Assembly: GCA_964016885.1 (NCBI GenBank)
Contig: OZ024742.1
Coordinates: 157,728,001-157,792,000 of the forward strand
Length of the DNA stretch: 64,000 nt
Source: Eledone cirrhosa
Taxonomy: Eukaryota
Reading direction: 5' to 3'
A program made the translations under genes and the position numbers. The notes beneath the pieces were generated by a model, which was not told where the DNA came from, made no database searches, and saw nothing but the letters and a program-made list of their open reading frames with translations. Positions 1 to 15,987 of this stretch are shown here, piece by piece; positions within the stretch are counted from its first letter, which is position 1, and each line of letters opens with the position of its first letter.

Positions 1-2992
1 GAAAGAAGGGGAGAGGGAGAGAGATAGATAGATATGCAGGGTTTGGAGAAATGGGAGAGAGTGGTTTGTAGAATACAGATATCTTAATCAAAATGTTGAG
101 GTAGGGGTTTTATTATACTGGTTACTCTCAAAGCGACAACCTTAAGCGATGGGTTGATAGTTAAGGTTGGAATTATTTATTGCCACAGAGGGCAGGTTCA
201 TAGATGTGGAGAGGGAGGGAGGTGGAACGAGGGCGAGAGATAGATAGATAGAGAGAGAGACAGAGAGAGAGAGAGAAAGAGAGGGGAATAGAGAGAGAGG
301 AAGAGATAGAGGTAGAGAGGGGACAGAGGAAAGCTATGATGTGGGTGTACATTGAGTTCATAGTTGTAGACTACAAATTGCACTTAAGTATCCATTTATA
401 GTGATAAGCAGTGTATTGTCTTGTAGTGTTGGGGATATATTTAAGAAGTTGTTATTGAGAGAAAATAGTTAGCGAGAAAGCAATGTTACAGTTACGGGTT
501 CGAATGTTATGTTATAGTGAGATAATGTAGCTTTCAGTTTGTGTTTGCAGTATAATGATCATTCGATTCTGTCATTTAGTAATTTATCTTTGGATTTTAA
601 GATGTAAAAGAGTTCAAGGTTACATAACCTGCAGTACTTCAATCCACTCCGATATGCACTAGCGCTGGAAAGTATATCCCATTTCAATGTGAACTGTTGG
701 TTGCGTTCACGGAGTTGCCAGGTCTTGTTGTGTGGTCACAAAACGGTGATTAGGATGTTTAATTGAGAATCGATGACGATACCAGCGAGATTTAAAGGAG
801 ATAGTGGGAGACCCGATGTAATACCATTTCTGGTCGTTCGATTCAGCAGTGCATTGATAAACAATGTTGGACTTTAGGCATTTATTCTTCAATGGACATC
901 TTTCAGGTAGGTGGCAGTAACAGGTTTTATTGTGGGTAGCAGGTATACCATGGATAGGTTGGGATGTATAATACCCGTCTCCCATTTAGTGTTTGGGAGG
1001 CCGATACTACGTTATGCTCATCTGTTATTAAAATATTTTGTTTTGTAGTGTTGTTTAATTGCTTCAAGCTAAGTTTTTTTATGTATGCTTCAAGGTTTGG
1101 TGCAGTGGAGTATGATAGCTTAATAGTCTCAGAGTTCAGAATTTTACTGTATTTATGGGAACTAGGGAAATGCTTGTTGATTAACTTAAAGAATAAAAGA
1201 GATATTTTGTACTAATCGAAGCATTAGAAATGGAGTTATACCAGATATACTTTCTACAACGTGATTTATTTGGTGATGATTTTCTATTATTAGTATGTCT
1301 GGTGGTACTGCGTGTGTGCGCTTGTATTTCTGTACCCTGGTTACGTATTCTTTGATTTCGTGTAGAGCTATGTGTGTTATGGAGATTCTTATCAATGTAT
1401 TCTATTTTATCCAGGTGGTCGGCATTCCTTAATGCATTATTATAGTATTCAGCATGTTCACTGAAAATCTCAGAGTTATACGATAGGCGAGAGATTCTAA
1501 GAGAAATACTACGGGGAACCGATTTGATCATGGAAAGTGGGTGGTTTGAGTTAAAATTGATATAGGTAAGGTTCTAATTTATCTCGTGGAAGGGTCGTAT
1601 CAGTCCGGTATTTAAATTAAGAGTTACGTCTAGAAAATTTACTACTTTAAGATTGTATTCGAACGTTATGTTTAGACCCAGTTCAATAAAAGATTTTCTA
1701 ATGTTTTTCCGTAGTCTTCCAAGATTTTGGTTATTTAAGTTATTAACTAATAATCTCTATATATTCCCCCATGTAGATTACTAAATTTTCCCTGTAGTAT
1801 GTGGGCTATGTAGATTCCCACAAGATCCGTGACCTCCGATGAGTTGTTGGAGCCCATGGTAATGTCGAAGTTTGTGGGTATGTCCTTACGTTCCCAGTAG
1901 CAGTTATCAAACTTGATAATAGTTTTCCTAGCCTCTAGAATAATATTAATTTCGTTCTTCGTTAGGTCGGAATTGACTTTGGCAAACGATAGGGCCTTAC
2001 GTAAAGTGGTGGGTGAGATTGAAGAGTAGTATTCGTCTATGTCAAATTGTATAAACTTAGACTTATTCTTGTTCTTAACGTAAACCAGCGAATTACTTCG
2101 CTAGTGTTGCCCCATAATTTAATTTCTATTTTTTTTTTTAATTGAGTTATTACTCTGTCAAGTATATGTTTGCTAATTTTTCCTATGTCTGATTTAGAAG
2201 GGCATATAAGTTTAATCTTAGGTTTAGAGCCAACATTTACCTTATGGTCCTTCAGGTTAAAGGTGGGGTTGCGGGTATAATCGGCTCGGTTCTATCGTCT
2301 ATGTTGAGATTCTTCACTACCTTGTATGCTTCGATGTTAATATTTGCTAGCGTAGTTTCACTTGTTTTTTTTATATTTATTGTGTAGTCCTTGCGTATAA
2401 AGCTGTTGTATATATCGTTATCCATGGTATACACGTTATAGGTCTTATCAGCTTTCACAACAATTCCATTGGTATTTTGCAGTCTTCGGAGTAGTGCTTT
2501 CGTGTTGCTCTGCAGCTCATTACTTCTGTGTTTGGTAAATTTAATACTCATGGTCATATTCATTAAGTTTTGTTCGAAAGCATCGAGATGGGGGTTTGTA
2601 GGTGGGTTTTTACATGATTTAAATCCATATGATTTAGACGAGTGACTGGCGTGTCCCTTATCGAAATGTAAAGCCTTCCATTGTACACGCCGAATAAAGT
2701 CATTATGTATTCCCCTTTGTTAGCTTTCGTCTGTTCCTCTCTATCTCTATCTCTTCCTCTCTCTCTCACAATTCCCCCCTCTCCCTCTCTCTCGCCCTCG
2801 GTCCACCTCCCTCTCTCTCCACATCTATGAAGCTTCCCTCTGTGGCAATAAATAATTCCAACTTAACAATCAACGCATCGCTTAAGGTTGTCGCTTTGAG
2901 AGTAACCAGTATAATAAAACCCCTACCACAACGTTTTGATTACGATATCTGTATTCTACAAACCACTTTCTCCCATTTCTCCAACCCTTGCA

Positions 2993-3087
<95 letters not shown>

Positions 3088-3130
3088 ATCTCCCCTTCTT
3101 TCTCTCTTCCTTTTCTACTCTATCTTCCCC
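1..3130. repeat. Inverted pseudo-LTR pair (~1-330 vs ~2730-3130) flanking the Naiad PLE
   Basis: ggttactctcaaagcgacaaccttaagcgatg (~120-151) is the reverse complement of catcgcttaaggttgtcgctttgagagtaacc (~2876-2907); similarity extends about 250 bp. This is the typical 5'-inverted PLE architecture. The left end runs off the window. Confidence 0.9.
520..2710 (-). pseudogene. Degraded Naiad-type Penelope-like retroelement ORF (RT + GIY-YIG endonuclease)
   Basis: Minus-strand fragments in the expected order: KADKT motif (2252-2563), LKDHK...LICPSKSDIGKISK, QFDIDEYYSSI (~2050), TMGSNNSSEVTDLVG (~1860), GIYRDY (decayed YRDD, ~1765), thumb SISLRISRLS (1181-1531), CYC-x5-CPL knuckle, IVYQC...YYIGS...FKSRWYRH (707-985), CRLC...LLN...CKH. 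Contains frameshifts and stops. Confidence 0.92.
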
Positions 3131-3329
3131 AATAACTTCCATTAAAGGTATTTACAATTTACATTTTAACCATTCTGCTCTAAGGATACAGTGGTAACAG
3201 CATTTGATAATTGAGTTTTGCAAATAGTTATAAATTTGCACATAGCATAACTAGGTTCTATAACCACCGTGGAAACATTTGTAAGCACACGGAATAAATT
3301 ACCTTTTTATGATGTCTACCTGGTATTAA

Positions 3330-5990
3330 TCATTCGTTATATATATATATATGAGAGTATTGAAGTTTGCTTGAAGCATTGTGGAATAATAAGTAAATAT
3401 CTTTAAGTCGTTTGGAAACCTCGACAATGCAAATGGGTAAATCTCCGGGTAACAATATCCGGTGGTGGAGAGAGAGATGTAAGTGGGTGTACGTTGAGAT
3501 GCGTGGTGTGTATGAGATGTGTAGAAGAATGAAGGAAAGAGTATAAAGGATAAAATAAAATAACAACACGAGAGAGAGTTACCTTGGGAGAGATTTAATA
3601 GTCCCTATATATTTCGGATTCACATCCATCAACTGGGGGTTTTTTCCGGGGTGGGGGAAAGGTTGTCTGTCGGACAAGTGCGAAACGCGTCCTCCGCTGT
3701 TTGTTGTTTTGAATATCAGAGGTATTCGGCAGAGCGCGCGTGCGCGTAAAATGGGATCGGTCGGGCAGAGGTCAGCGGCCGAATGAGGGAGTGGGTGGCG
3801 CTAGCTGTCAGTCCATTCTCTGCCTGTTTGTTAAATGTTACTATGTGTGTGTGTGTGCGTGTGTTGTTGTCTCGCTTGAGTGTGTGTGTGCGTGTGTTGT
3901 AGCCTTGTTCCTCTGTATTGGCAGTATGTTCGTATGGTGGAATGCTACTGTGTGTGTGTGCGTGTGTGTGTGTGTATCTGTCTCGTTTGTGTGTGTGTAT
4001 GTGCGTGTGTTGTTGCATCGTTTGTTAGCTTAAACCAGCCATCTCATTTCGCTTCTCTCTGATCGGTTGTTTATTTGCGGTTGCAGGCGTTTTATAAAAA
4101 GTGCTTCCTTGATACGTAACGTGCTGACGTTTCTTTCAGTCGCTAAAATTGTGACAATGGGCCTTCCGTCTTTGTTTCCGCCTTGATGTAGTTGCTCTCT
4201 ACACCTCCGTCCCGGCACTCCCGGCCGTCAATATACTGATGGAACGCGTCCAATCCACCGACCTACACTGCTTCGGGCTCACCACCACTGACATCCACTA
4301 ACTCCTATCCATCGTCGTCGACAACGCCTACTTCGGATTCCTTGACCAAACATACCAACAAACCTCGGGATTGCCCATGGAATCACGCCTATCAGGTGTG
4401 CTAGCGATCTCTTACATGGACAACCTCGAACGCAAGGAACTCAACGCCTGCCACCCCAACGCCGTAGCCTTTTTCTCAAGGTACGTGGACGATATTCTCA
4501 TCCTCACATCTTCCCAAGACACGGCGAACAGAATCTATGAGACGTTCAACAACACAGACGAGAACATTGACTTCAGTGTTGAACACTCCACTTGCCCTCC
4601 TCGACTTCCGAATCAACATCACGGAACAGGGAAGGATCCACTGCAACTTCTACCGAAAGGCAGCCTGCAGGGACCTTTTCGTTCACTACAAGTCCGCCCT
4701 CCCTAACAGTGCCAAAATAGGATACATCACGAACGAGATCGCGCGAATCAAAAACAGATGCAGCGATCCCGCGAGTGGTGTCACTCATACCAAGCGATTC
4801 CTCGAGGTGCTGGAGACGAACGGGTACCCTACCTCGATCACAGACAGAATAGGAGACTCCAGACGCAAGAGACAGAGAGGCACCTAAGGCAAGTGTTTCC
4901 TTAAAATGCCACACCTGGGCGAGAATACCACCAACGCTATCCGCAAGGCTATACGGAGGGAGGGCCTCGAAATCCACCTGGCCCACTCGGGCCCCTCCCT
5001 GCGAAGATGCCTCTCCAGGAAATCCGAGAAATCTATTGACCCATGCGAACTGTTGCCTACGCACATCCGTTGTGTATAAGATGGAATGTGACAGGTGTAA
5101 CCAATACTATATAGGTAGCACAATCCGACCTTTGCACATCCGGATCAAGGAACACACTAAAACCAGGGCTTCGTCTTTCCGGAGACACATACACAAATGC
5201 GGAAGCAAAGAGGGAAGGCCCATTGTCACAATTCTAGTGACTGAAAGAAACGTCGGCACGTTACGTATCAAGGAAGCGCTTTTTATAAAACGCCTGCAAA
5301 CGCAAATAAACAAACGATCAGAGAGAAGCGAAATGAGAAGGCTGGTTTAAGCTAACAAACGATGCAGCAACACACGCACACAAACGAGACAGCTACACAC
5401 ACACACGCACACACACACAGTAGCATTCCACTATACGAACATACTACACTGCCAATACAGAGGAACAAGGCAACAACACACGCATACACACACACACTCA
5501 AGCGAGACAACAACACACGCACACACACACACAGTAACATTTAACAAACAGGCAGAGAATGGACTGACAGCTAGCGCCACCCACTCCCTCATTCGGCGGC
5601 TGACCTCTGCCCGAACGACCTCATTTCACGCGCACGCGCGCTCTGCCGAATACCTCTGATATTCAAAACAACAAACAGCGGAGGACGCGTTTCGCACTTG
5701 TCCGACAGACAACCTTTCCCCCACCCCGGAAAAAACCCCAGTTGATGGATGTGAATCCGAAATATATAGGGACTATTAAATCTCTCCCAAGGTAACTCTC
5801 TCTCGTGTTGTTATTTTATTTTATCCTTTATACTCTTTCCTTCATTCTTCTACACATCTCATACACACCACGCATCTCAACGTACACCCACTTACATCTC
5901 TCTCTCCACCACCGGATATTGTTACCCGGAGATTTACCCATTTGCATTGTCGAGGCTTCCAAACGACTTAAAGATATTTACATATATATA
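3330..5990 (+). mobile_element. 5'-truncated Penelope-like element (non-Naiad; Neptune/Nematis-like) with ~830-bp inverted 5' copy of its 3' end
   Basis: RT motifs LPMESRLSGVLAISYMDNLE and FSRYVDDILIL (4371-4706); GIY-YIG VVYKMECDRCNQYYIGSTIRPLHIRIKEH...LRIKEALFIK (5036-5350). 3390-4215 is the reverse complement of ~5180-5980. (TA)n lies at both ends. Confidence 0.92.
5736..5771 (+). ncRNA. Minimal hammerhead-like motif in PLE pLTR, non-canonical core (mirror copy 3603-3638 on minus)
   Basis: ccc-CAGTTGA-t-ggat-gtga-atcc-GAAA-tata-TA-ggg. Stems I and II and a palindromic stem III are present; the core differs from CUGANGA at two positions. Confidence 0.55.
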
Positions 5991-6194
5991 TATATATATA
6001 TGACTTGGCAAGCTATTTAGATCACTGGTTTAACCGCTTTACTTCCGTCCGAAGAAGAGATATTATCTCAAAAATTAAGGATATTTAAATAAATCTAAGG
6101 TAAAAGACTAATTGTCAACAATATCCTTTGCATTTGCATTCTTTATTCTATGTCCATACCTGCATTGTTTTGGCTTTATTATACATATACAAAC

Positions 6195-6234
<40 letters not shown>

Positions 6235-6249
6235 GTATTTCTGGAGTCC

Positions 6250-6350
6250 ATAAATAGCCGTCGAAACGGCTTGAGCTCTGCCGTCGGGGTCAACCATTTT
6301 CCTATTATCCACTCTACTACCCTAAGTAGTGAGTACTCTGGTACGTTATG
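6250..6350 (+). repeat. pLTR fragment of the 22.5-24.3 kb PLE family with the 3' half of a hammerhead
   Basis: aaatagccgtc-GAAA-cggc-ttgagctct-gccg-TC-ggggt matches 24230-24263 (+) and 22634-22672 (-). Confidence 0.75.
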
Positions 6351-6368
6351 CTCATATATATATATATA

Positions 6369-6430
6369 TTCATCTGATGAACGAACTAGACGTTAGAATC
6401 GTCTAATGTCGTGAGACCTTGGGTAATGGA
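6369..6430 (+). ncRNA. Type I hammerhead ribozyme with one core lesion
   Basis: ttcat-CTGATGA-acga[..tagacg/cgtcta..]tcgt-GAGA-cc-ttg-gg-TA-atgga. All three stems can form; GAAA is mutated to GAGA. Confidence 0.75.
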
Positions 6431-6556
6431 ATAATTATATCATGTTGTTTATTGTATGATTAAATAGCTCTATAGTATACATAGAGCACTCTCCTTTCCC
6501 TTACCTTTTCTACGGAAATACATAAGACACACACACATGCACACACACACACACAC

Positions 6557-6639
<83 letters not shown>

Positions 6640-6659
6640 TGTTTCGCTGATCGATACAA

Positions 6660-6852
6660 TATTATAATTATTTCTACTCTAGGCACAAGGCCAGCAATTA
6701 ACCAGTGCATTACTGGTACTTTATTTTATCGACCCCATAAGGATGAAAGGCAAAGTCAACCTCGGCGGGATTTGAACTCAGATCTTAAAGGGAAGTAACT
6801 ATGCTGGAAAGCATAGCGTCCGACCCTCTACCGATACTGCCAATCCACCGCC
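6660..6852 (-). mobile_element. tRNA-derived SINE with Nin/Deu-type central domain
   Basis: Minus strand: A box TGGCAGTATCGG, B box GAGTTCAAATCCC, core gcctttcatccttatggggtcgataaaataaagtacca, tail ggccttgtgcctagagtagaaataatt. Confidence 0.85.
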
Positions 6853-7424
6853 TATATACAATATTATAATGCATAGAAACATGCTTGTAGTAGTAGTAGT
6901 AGTAGTAGTTGTAGTAGTAGTAGTAGTAGTAGTAGTAGATGCTGTTGTTATTGTTGTAGGTGCGAGTATGAGGACTCATTGCATGCGTACGTCCGTTCTT
7001 ATTTGTTAGGCCCGTGTGGTTCATATTTATCTTCAAACTCTTATAAATGGACAGTTTCGACAGAGATGAGTGTTGCTTTTCATTTCTTTCAAGAAAAAAC
7101 AATAATTTCGAATTTTGGCAGAAAGCCTTCCAATATGGTTCTCCATGTACTTACCCGGGGTTTCTGCGAATATGGGTCCTAGCCCAAGTTTTTGCGATAT
7201 TGGGTCTACATATCTGTAACCCGAGTTTCTACTTTCGAGTATATTTATATATTCTTTGAAATTGTATTCACTCTAAGGAATCTGGTTCCTTACGATTGGA
7301 ATACATATATGTATATATCTATGTTTATCTCTCTCGTATATTCAATTATATTACACGGCCCGGAATTCCTTGAGCTATTTAATTGTAAGAGACTATTTTC
7401 AGTTTCTAACTCAATATATACTTT

Positions 7425-7481
<57 letters not shown>

Positions 7482-7534
7482 CAGAGACAGAGAGAGAGAG
7501 AGAGAGAGGGGGGGGGGAGAGGGGGAGAGAGAGA

Positions 7535-8114
<580 letters not shown>

Positions 8115-8128
8115 GATATATATATATG

Positions 8129-8213
<85 letters not shown>

Positions 8214-8876
8214 GCAACGAGTATAAGAATCCAAATTGTGTCACGGTACATAAATAAATATTTCAATGTGTGTGCGTATGTGAGAGAGTGTGTCTGTCTT
8301 GAAGAATATATTGAGCCATTTATACATATATGATTAATTCATGAATAGTGATGTATCAATCTCTACTGATAAAAGAGACTGGTTCATTAGGAATTTTGAA
8401 TTCAAGATAAATGATGGCTAGGTATGATATAATGTGTTATTCTATTCACAGATGTTAACAATTGTAAAAGATTGAAAAATATTTAGTAAGAAAAGTGACC
8501 ACTGTTTGCAGAGCAGTAAATCTTTACTCTAAATCAGGAAAACAAAAACTAAAAATATGATAATATCAAACTAGCCACTGTTAAATTAGTTTCTGTTTTT
8601 TTCTGACACATTTGTTTCAATGCTTTGAAGAACATTGATTATATAAACCCTTTTATCAACCAAAAAATACGTCGTCCATAGGCATTAATATCAGACTGGA
8701 ACTAATTATATTTTTACATAGCATTAATGATTTATGTTTCGATTAGATTCCTGTTCTCTTTTTTTATTGTATAAATTTAGAATTATTTTTTGGTAATGTA
8801 ATGCAATCATTGGTTCATTTGTAGACCTGAAATTAAGAGCGCATTGATCTGAATATATATAAATATATATATATAG

Positions 8877-8927
<51 letters not shown>

Positions 8928-8928
8928 A

Positions 8929-9015
<87 letters not shown>

Positions 9016-9061
9016 CATATATATAAATATATATATATTTTATATATCTATATATATAAAT

Positions 9062-9100
<39 letters not shown>

Positions 9101-9134
9101 TATATAAATACATACATATATTATGTGGGTGTAC

Positions 9135-11010
<1,876 letters not shown>

Positions 11011-11027
11011 CAGTAAAAGCTAAAAGA

Positions 11028-11065
<38 letters not shown>

Positions 11066-11069
<4 letters not shown>

Positions 11070-14006
11070 CCTGGGTATGACATTAAACTACATCCAGTGG
11101 CAAGGCTCCAGTTCGTGAGTACAGGAGTTGTGGGGAATGTGGAGTTACCCCTTAGTTGTCTTGACTCCCAGGTCTGGGACATCTGTTCGAGGAGAGTGGT
11201 ATACAGATACTTGCGATCCAAGAACACAGGATCCTACACGATGAGTCCGTGAGGAGTGTGATGATCGGGAAGAGGAGCCAGCTCATCACTACATCGGCAG
11301 TGAAGAACACAACAAATGCTGCAGTAGGAGGAGTGGGTTTTGTGTTCAGTGCAAAAACCAATCTGTTGGTGAGGGAAAGGGAGTGTTGAGGGTGACCTTC
11401 AATGGAAACCCAAGACTGACAGTTATCTCAGCCTATAGTCCAACCGAGGGGGCCAGTGATGTGAGTGCAGAAGAGTTCCATGAGGAGGTGTGTAGAGCTG
11501 TCAACACCACTCAGGCACAGAATATCCTGCTTGTTTTGGGGGACTTCAATGCACACCTGAGTAAGGAGGGCAGTGAAGATCCTTGCTGGTACTTCCATAA
11601 CAACACCAACCGAAATGGAAGCCTACTGAGAGACACCCTGCTGGAAGCTAACTTGATGGCGACCAACCTAAGGTTTAGGAAGAATCTGGGGAAGATGTGG
11701 ACCTACATCTCAGATATGCACCTGTCCAAGTCCCAGATTGATTTCATTCTGGTGAGGAAAAAGTGGCGGAATAGTGTTCTGAACACGGAAACATACAACT
11801 ATTTCAGTACACTGGGTAGTGACCACCGGCTTGTTATGAGTGAGGTCCGGGTGAGCTTAAGAAAGAGAAAGGCTCGGCCCTGGAGAGCAATCTATGACTG
11901 GGGAGCTTTCAAGGAAGATGATAAGCTACAGAAGAGGTGCACAGTGGAAGTGAGAAACAGGTTTAGTGCTCTGTGTGGAGAGTCAGAGGAGAGAGAGATT
12001 GGATGGATTGAGGAGAGTGTGACGAGGAGGTACGGGCACTTCACCAATGCAGTGGCGGAAGCAAGTGAAACCCTGGTGCCGAGGAAAAAGAACAAATGGG
12101 AGCACGTCAGCTCTGCAAACCCAAAAGTGTGTGCAGCCAGAGAACACCTGAAAGTTGCCAAGGACCAATTCTATGCTGATCCTATGGAGGAGAGGATGGA
12201 GACTGTGGAGGTGATCAGGGAAGAGCTCTGTACCGCTTACACAGAGGTCAGAGAGGAGGCACTGATAGAGAAGATCAGAAGTGTGGAGAGAGCGGTTGAC
12301 AAATCTGGATGTAAGGAGAGCTGGATGATCATCAACGAGATCACAGGGAGGAATAGAAGGTGTTCGAGTCAGATCTAGGGAACGGGGCCCGATAGGAAGA
12401 GGAAATGGCTAGACCATTTTAGGACCCTACTAGGAGAGCCACCCTCCACAGCCCGGAGCACTGGGGAGATCAGGCGGCTGTTTGAGGAACTGGGTGTTGA
12501 GACAGAGCCCTTCACCAGAGAGGAGCTTCAGAGAGCCAAGAAGTGGATGAAGGAGGGCAAGGCTCGTGGAGAAGATGGAGTGGCATCAGAGGTGATGAAG
12601 AGGTGTGATTTTGATGATATCATCCTGGGGTTCTGTAACGGGGCACTGGAGAAAGAAGTTGTCCCGAATCAGTGGAGGATCAGTAACATCGTCCCAGTGC
12701 CAAGGAAGGGAGATCTCTCTAATACCAACAACTACAGGGGGATCTCACTGACGTCACTTGTGGCAAAGACCATCAACAGGATGATTCTTAACAGGATCCA
12801 GCCAGAGATGGAGAAGAGGCTCAGGGACAACCAGAACGGCTTCAGAGAGGGTAGATCAACCAGCAGTCACATCCTGATGCTGAGGAGTATATTAGAGGGA
12901 GCTAGAGCAAAGTGCCTTCCTGCGGTCATGGTTTTCATTGACCTTAGGAAGGCCTTTGATTCTGTGGACCGTTACTGCCTGATGAAGATCTTACAGGCTT
13001 ATGGAATCCCCAAGAAGATGGTGGACCTGATATCACTGCTCTACACCAACACCAAAGCCCAAGTCATTACACCTGATGGGATGACAGAATTATTTGAGAT
13101 ACTGGCTGGAGTGCTCCAGGGAGATACATTGGCTCCCTACCTTTTTATCATCGTAGTGGACTATTGTATGCGCCTTGCACTGGAGAAACACCAGGACTCT
13201 GGCTTCACTGTGGCACCGACTCAGAGCAGGAGAGTTAGGGCGAAAAAGGTATCGGATGCTGAATTTGCCGACGACATAATTTTGGTGACAAATACAGTGA
13301 AGGAGGCAGAGGATTTGATGCGGGAGGTTGAGACTGTGTCGATGAGTGTGGGGCTGAGAATGAATGAGACTAAAACAAAATATCTGGTAGAGAATGTTGG
13401 GAAGCCAGAGGGGATCACTAATGTAGGCGGGAAGCCTCTAGAATTGGTTGAGGGCTTCCTGTATTTGGGAGCAAAGATTGGGAATACGGAAGATGATGTG
13501 GTTGAGAGGAAGAGCAAGGCCTGGGCGGCGTGCCACAGCTTGAGATCGGTGTGGAAGTCGGACCTTCGTAGAGACCTGAAAATCCGCCTCTTCATTGCTG
13601 TAGTGGAGTCTGTGCTGCTGTATGGGTCTGAGACTTGGACACTGACCAAGAAACTCACTCAGATCGTGGATGGGTGCTACACGAGAATGCTGAGGATGGC
13701 TCTGAACATTAATCAGTATACATTGAGGATGAAAAACTCAGAGCTGTATGGGAGCATCCCAAAAGTCAGTTCAAACGTGACACAGAGGAGACTGTGGTTA
13801 GCTGGACATGCTCACCGACATCCAGATTTGACATTGCACTCATTGCTCCTATAGAAGAGGAAGACCAAGGTTAACGTATGTTGATGCCCTAAGGACAGAC
13901 ACTGGTCTGTTGGAGACGCAGGACATGGCAGCGATAATGAGGGACAGAGACCGCTGGAGAAATCTCGTCCATAGATCTCGGGAATTTTACCCGCCTTAGA
14001 ATAGAA
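11066..14006 (+). mobile_element. RTE-clade LINE, near full length, inserted in (TA)n
   Basis: APE endonuclease motifs (SAYSPT, GDFNAH, QIDFIL, LGSDH) and RT motifs (NYRGISL, QNGFR, FIDLRKAFDSV, GVLQGDTLAP, FADD). Short tagaa tail; (TA)n on both sides. Confidence 0.95.
11383..13854 (+). pseudogene. RTE endonuclease-reverse transcriptase ORF interrupted by nonsense codons
   Basis: ORFs 11383-12378 and 12547-13854 share a frame and are separated by one TAG (12376-12378). A second TAG at 13852 precedes the C-terminal GRPR remnant. Confidence 0.9.
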
Positions 14007-14407
14007 TATATATATATATATACATACATATATAGAGACAGAGACAGAAAAAGAGACAGAAAAAGAGAGAGAGACAGTGAAAGAAAGAGAGAGAGAGGGA
14101 AATAGAGAGCGAGGGGGAAAAAGAAAGAGAGACAGAGGGAACCAGAGAGAGACAGAAGGAGAAAGAAATTAGGAATTTAGCAGTTTTAAACAACCAAGCC
14201 GATTATTCAGCAGTGTACTCGATAAAGCATAGTCTGATTATATTAGAGTGAGTCGGGCACGAGGGATGAGATCTTGTCGCTTTGGCAAGGCTTCGTCAGC
14301 TTAGCTTTCAAAACGACAAGATCTCAGTTCCTAATTTCTCTGTCCCTCCCCCCTCTCTTTATTTCCCTCTATTCCTCTTTGTTTCTGTCTCTCTCTCTCC
14401 CTCTATA

Positions 14408-15950
14408 TATATATTTATTAAAATAACAGATTAAAGTTTAAGCAAAGAATCGCTGCTTTCACCCTTAACGGGATCTTCTGAAACTAACAAAGTCAATCTG
14501 TAAACGCAGAACTGGATATTTCAAAAAACGTTGCAACCGGAGGAAGACAGGAAGACGATACTTTGGTTCGTGGAAACGTTCGCTGGCAAAGAACGGGAAA
14601 AAACGAATATAAACGTCATTAATAGGAGCGGTGAAAAACAATTACGCGCAAAGACAGAACCACGTTTATGGTATAAAAGGGGTCGTAGACTAATGTTCTC
14701 TTAGGTGGTGCATAGAGACGTTCTCTGGCAATGAACGAAAAAAACGAAGATAATACGTCATATGTGGAGCGTGGAGAACAATAGGACGCAAAGACAAAAC
14801 CACGTAAATGGTACAGCAGAAGTCGTAGACTAAAATTCTAACTAGGAGACCGAATGAATCTCCGCTACAGAGTTAAGAACAAAGTAAATAAATACAATAC
14901 AGAAGTAATAGAAATAAATAAATACATACACGCAAACAAATACGTGCATACACAGGCATACGCAAAACATTTACCATAGGTATACAAAACCACGCACATA
15001 TAAATATGTGTGTGTGTGTATGCGTGTATACAAATAAATAAATAATTATATAAACGTATATAAGTAAATAAATACGTATATAACAAGCGCACATACATAC
15101 CTACATGTAAATACACGAATCTTCGGAGACGTAAGTCAACCAAAACATGAAGTACACATATACACAGACACTACATACGTACGAACCTGCAATCTCACAC
15201 AGACGCAAAACCCGTTATACACATAGCCAAACCATATGTACCAGAATATATAAAAAATTATACGCCATAACATAAACAATCAAATATACGTACGAGAAGG
15301 TATACGTACCTTCACAAAACATACGGGTAATATATACTTTGCGTGTATGTATTTATTTATTTCTATTACTTCTGTATTGTATTTATTTACTTTGTCCTTA
15401 ACTCTGTAGCGGAGATTCATTCGGTCTCCTAGTTAGAATTTTAGTCTACGACTTCTGCTGTACCATTTACGTGGTTTTGTCTTTGCGTGCTATTGTTCTC
15501 CACGCTCCACATATGACGTATTATCTTCGTTTGTTTCTTTCATTGCCAGAGAACGTCTCTATAAACCACCTAAGAGAACATTAGTCTACGACCTCTTTTA
15601 TACCATAAACGTGGTTCTGTCTTTGCGCGTAATTGTTTTTCACCGCTCCTATTAATGACGTATTATATTCGTGTTTTCCCGTTCTTTGCCAGCGAACGTT
15701 TCCACGAACCAAAATATCGTCTTCCTGTCTTTCTCCGGTTGCAACGTTTTTTGAAATATCCACTTCTGCGTTTACAGATTGACTTTGTTAGTTTCAGAAG
15801 ATCCCGTTAAGGGTGAAAGCAGCGATTCTTTGCTTAAACTTTAATCTGTTATTTTAATAAATATTTGCTCTACGGTTATTATATATTTGATATATATTTA
15901 TCCTTATCGAGCCCTCTTTGGGTTTTAGTCTTCAAATTTATTATTATTAC
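14408..15950. repeat. Non-coding fold-back element (arms ~14410-14960 / 15340-15862) with internal ~140-bp tandem duplication and hammerhead motifs
   Basis: Arms are reverse complements. Each contains two diverged units ending gtcgtagactaa. The same family recurs at 52148-52375. Confidence 0.9.
15791..15839 (+). ncRNA. Type I hammerhead-like motif, U4->A core variant (identical copies 14436-14484 and 52172-52220 on minus)
   Basis: gttt-CAGAAGA-tccc-gttaa-gggt-GAAA-gca-gcgattctt-tgc-TT-aaac. Stem I 4 bp, stem II 3 bp plus U.U, stem III 4 bp. Confidence 0.7.

Positions 15951-15986
<36 letters not shown>

Positions 15987-15987
<1 letters not shown>

Noticed and set aside
555-570. In-frame TGA near the Naiad ORF C-terminus (LNDRIE*SLYCKH) as possible selenocysteine
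   Set aside because: It aligns to Leu in the related element (LNKKDELVTTC), not to a conserved Cys. The ORF is otherwise decayed and I recognised no SECIS.
3200-3287. Possible U3-A8 hammerhead gcat-TTGATAA...GAAA-catttg-TA-agc
   Set aside because: No convincing stem II closure; TTGATAA is common in AT-rich DNA.
14560-14840. Spaced repeats resembling a CRISPR array
   Set aside because: Only two contiguous diverged ~140-bp units, no unique spacers, no cas genes, eukaryotic context.
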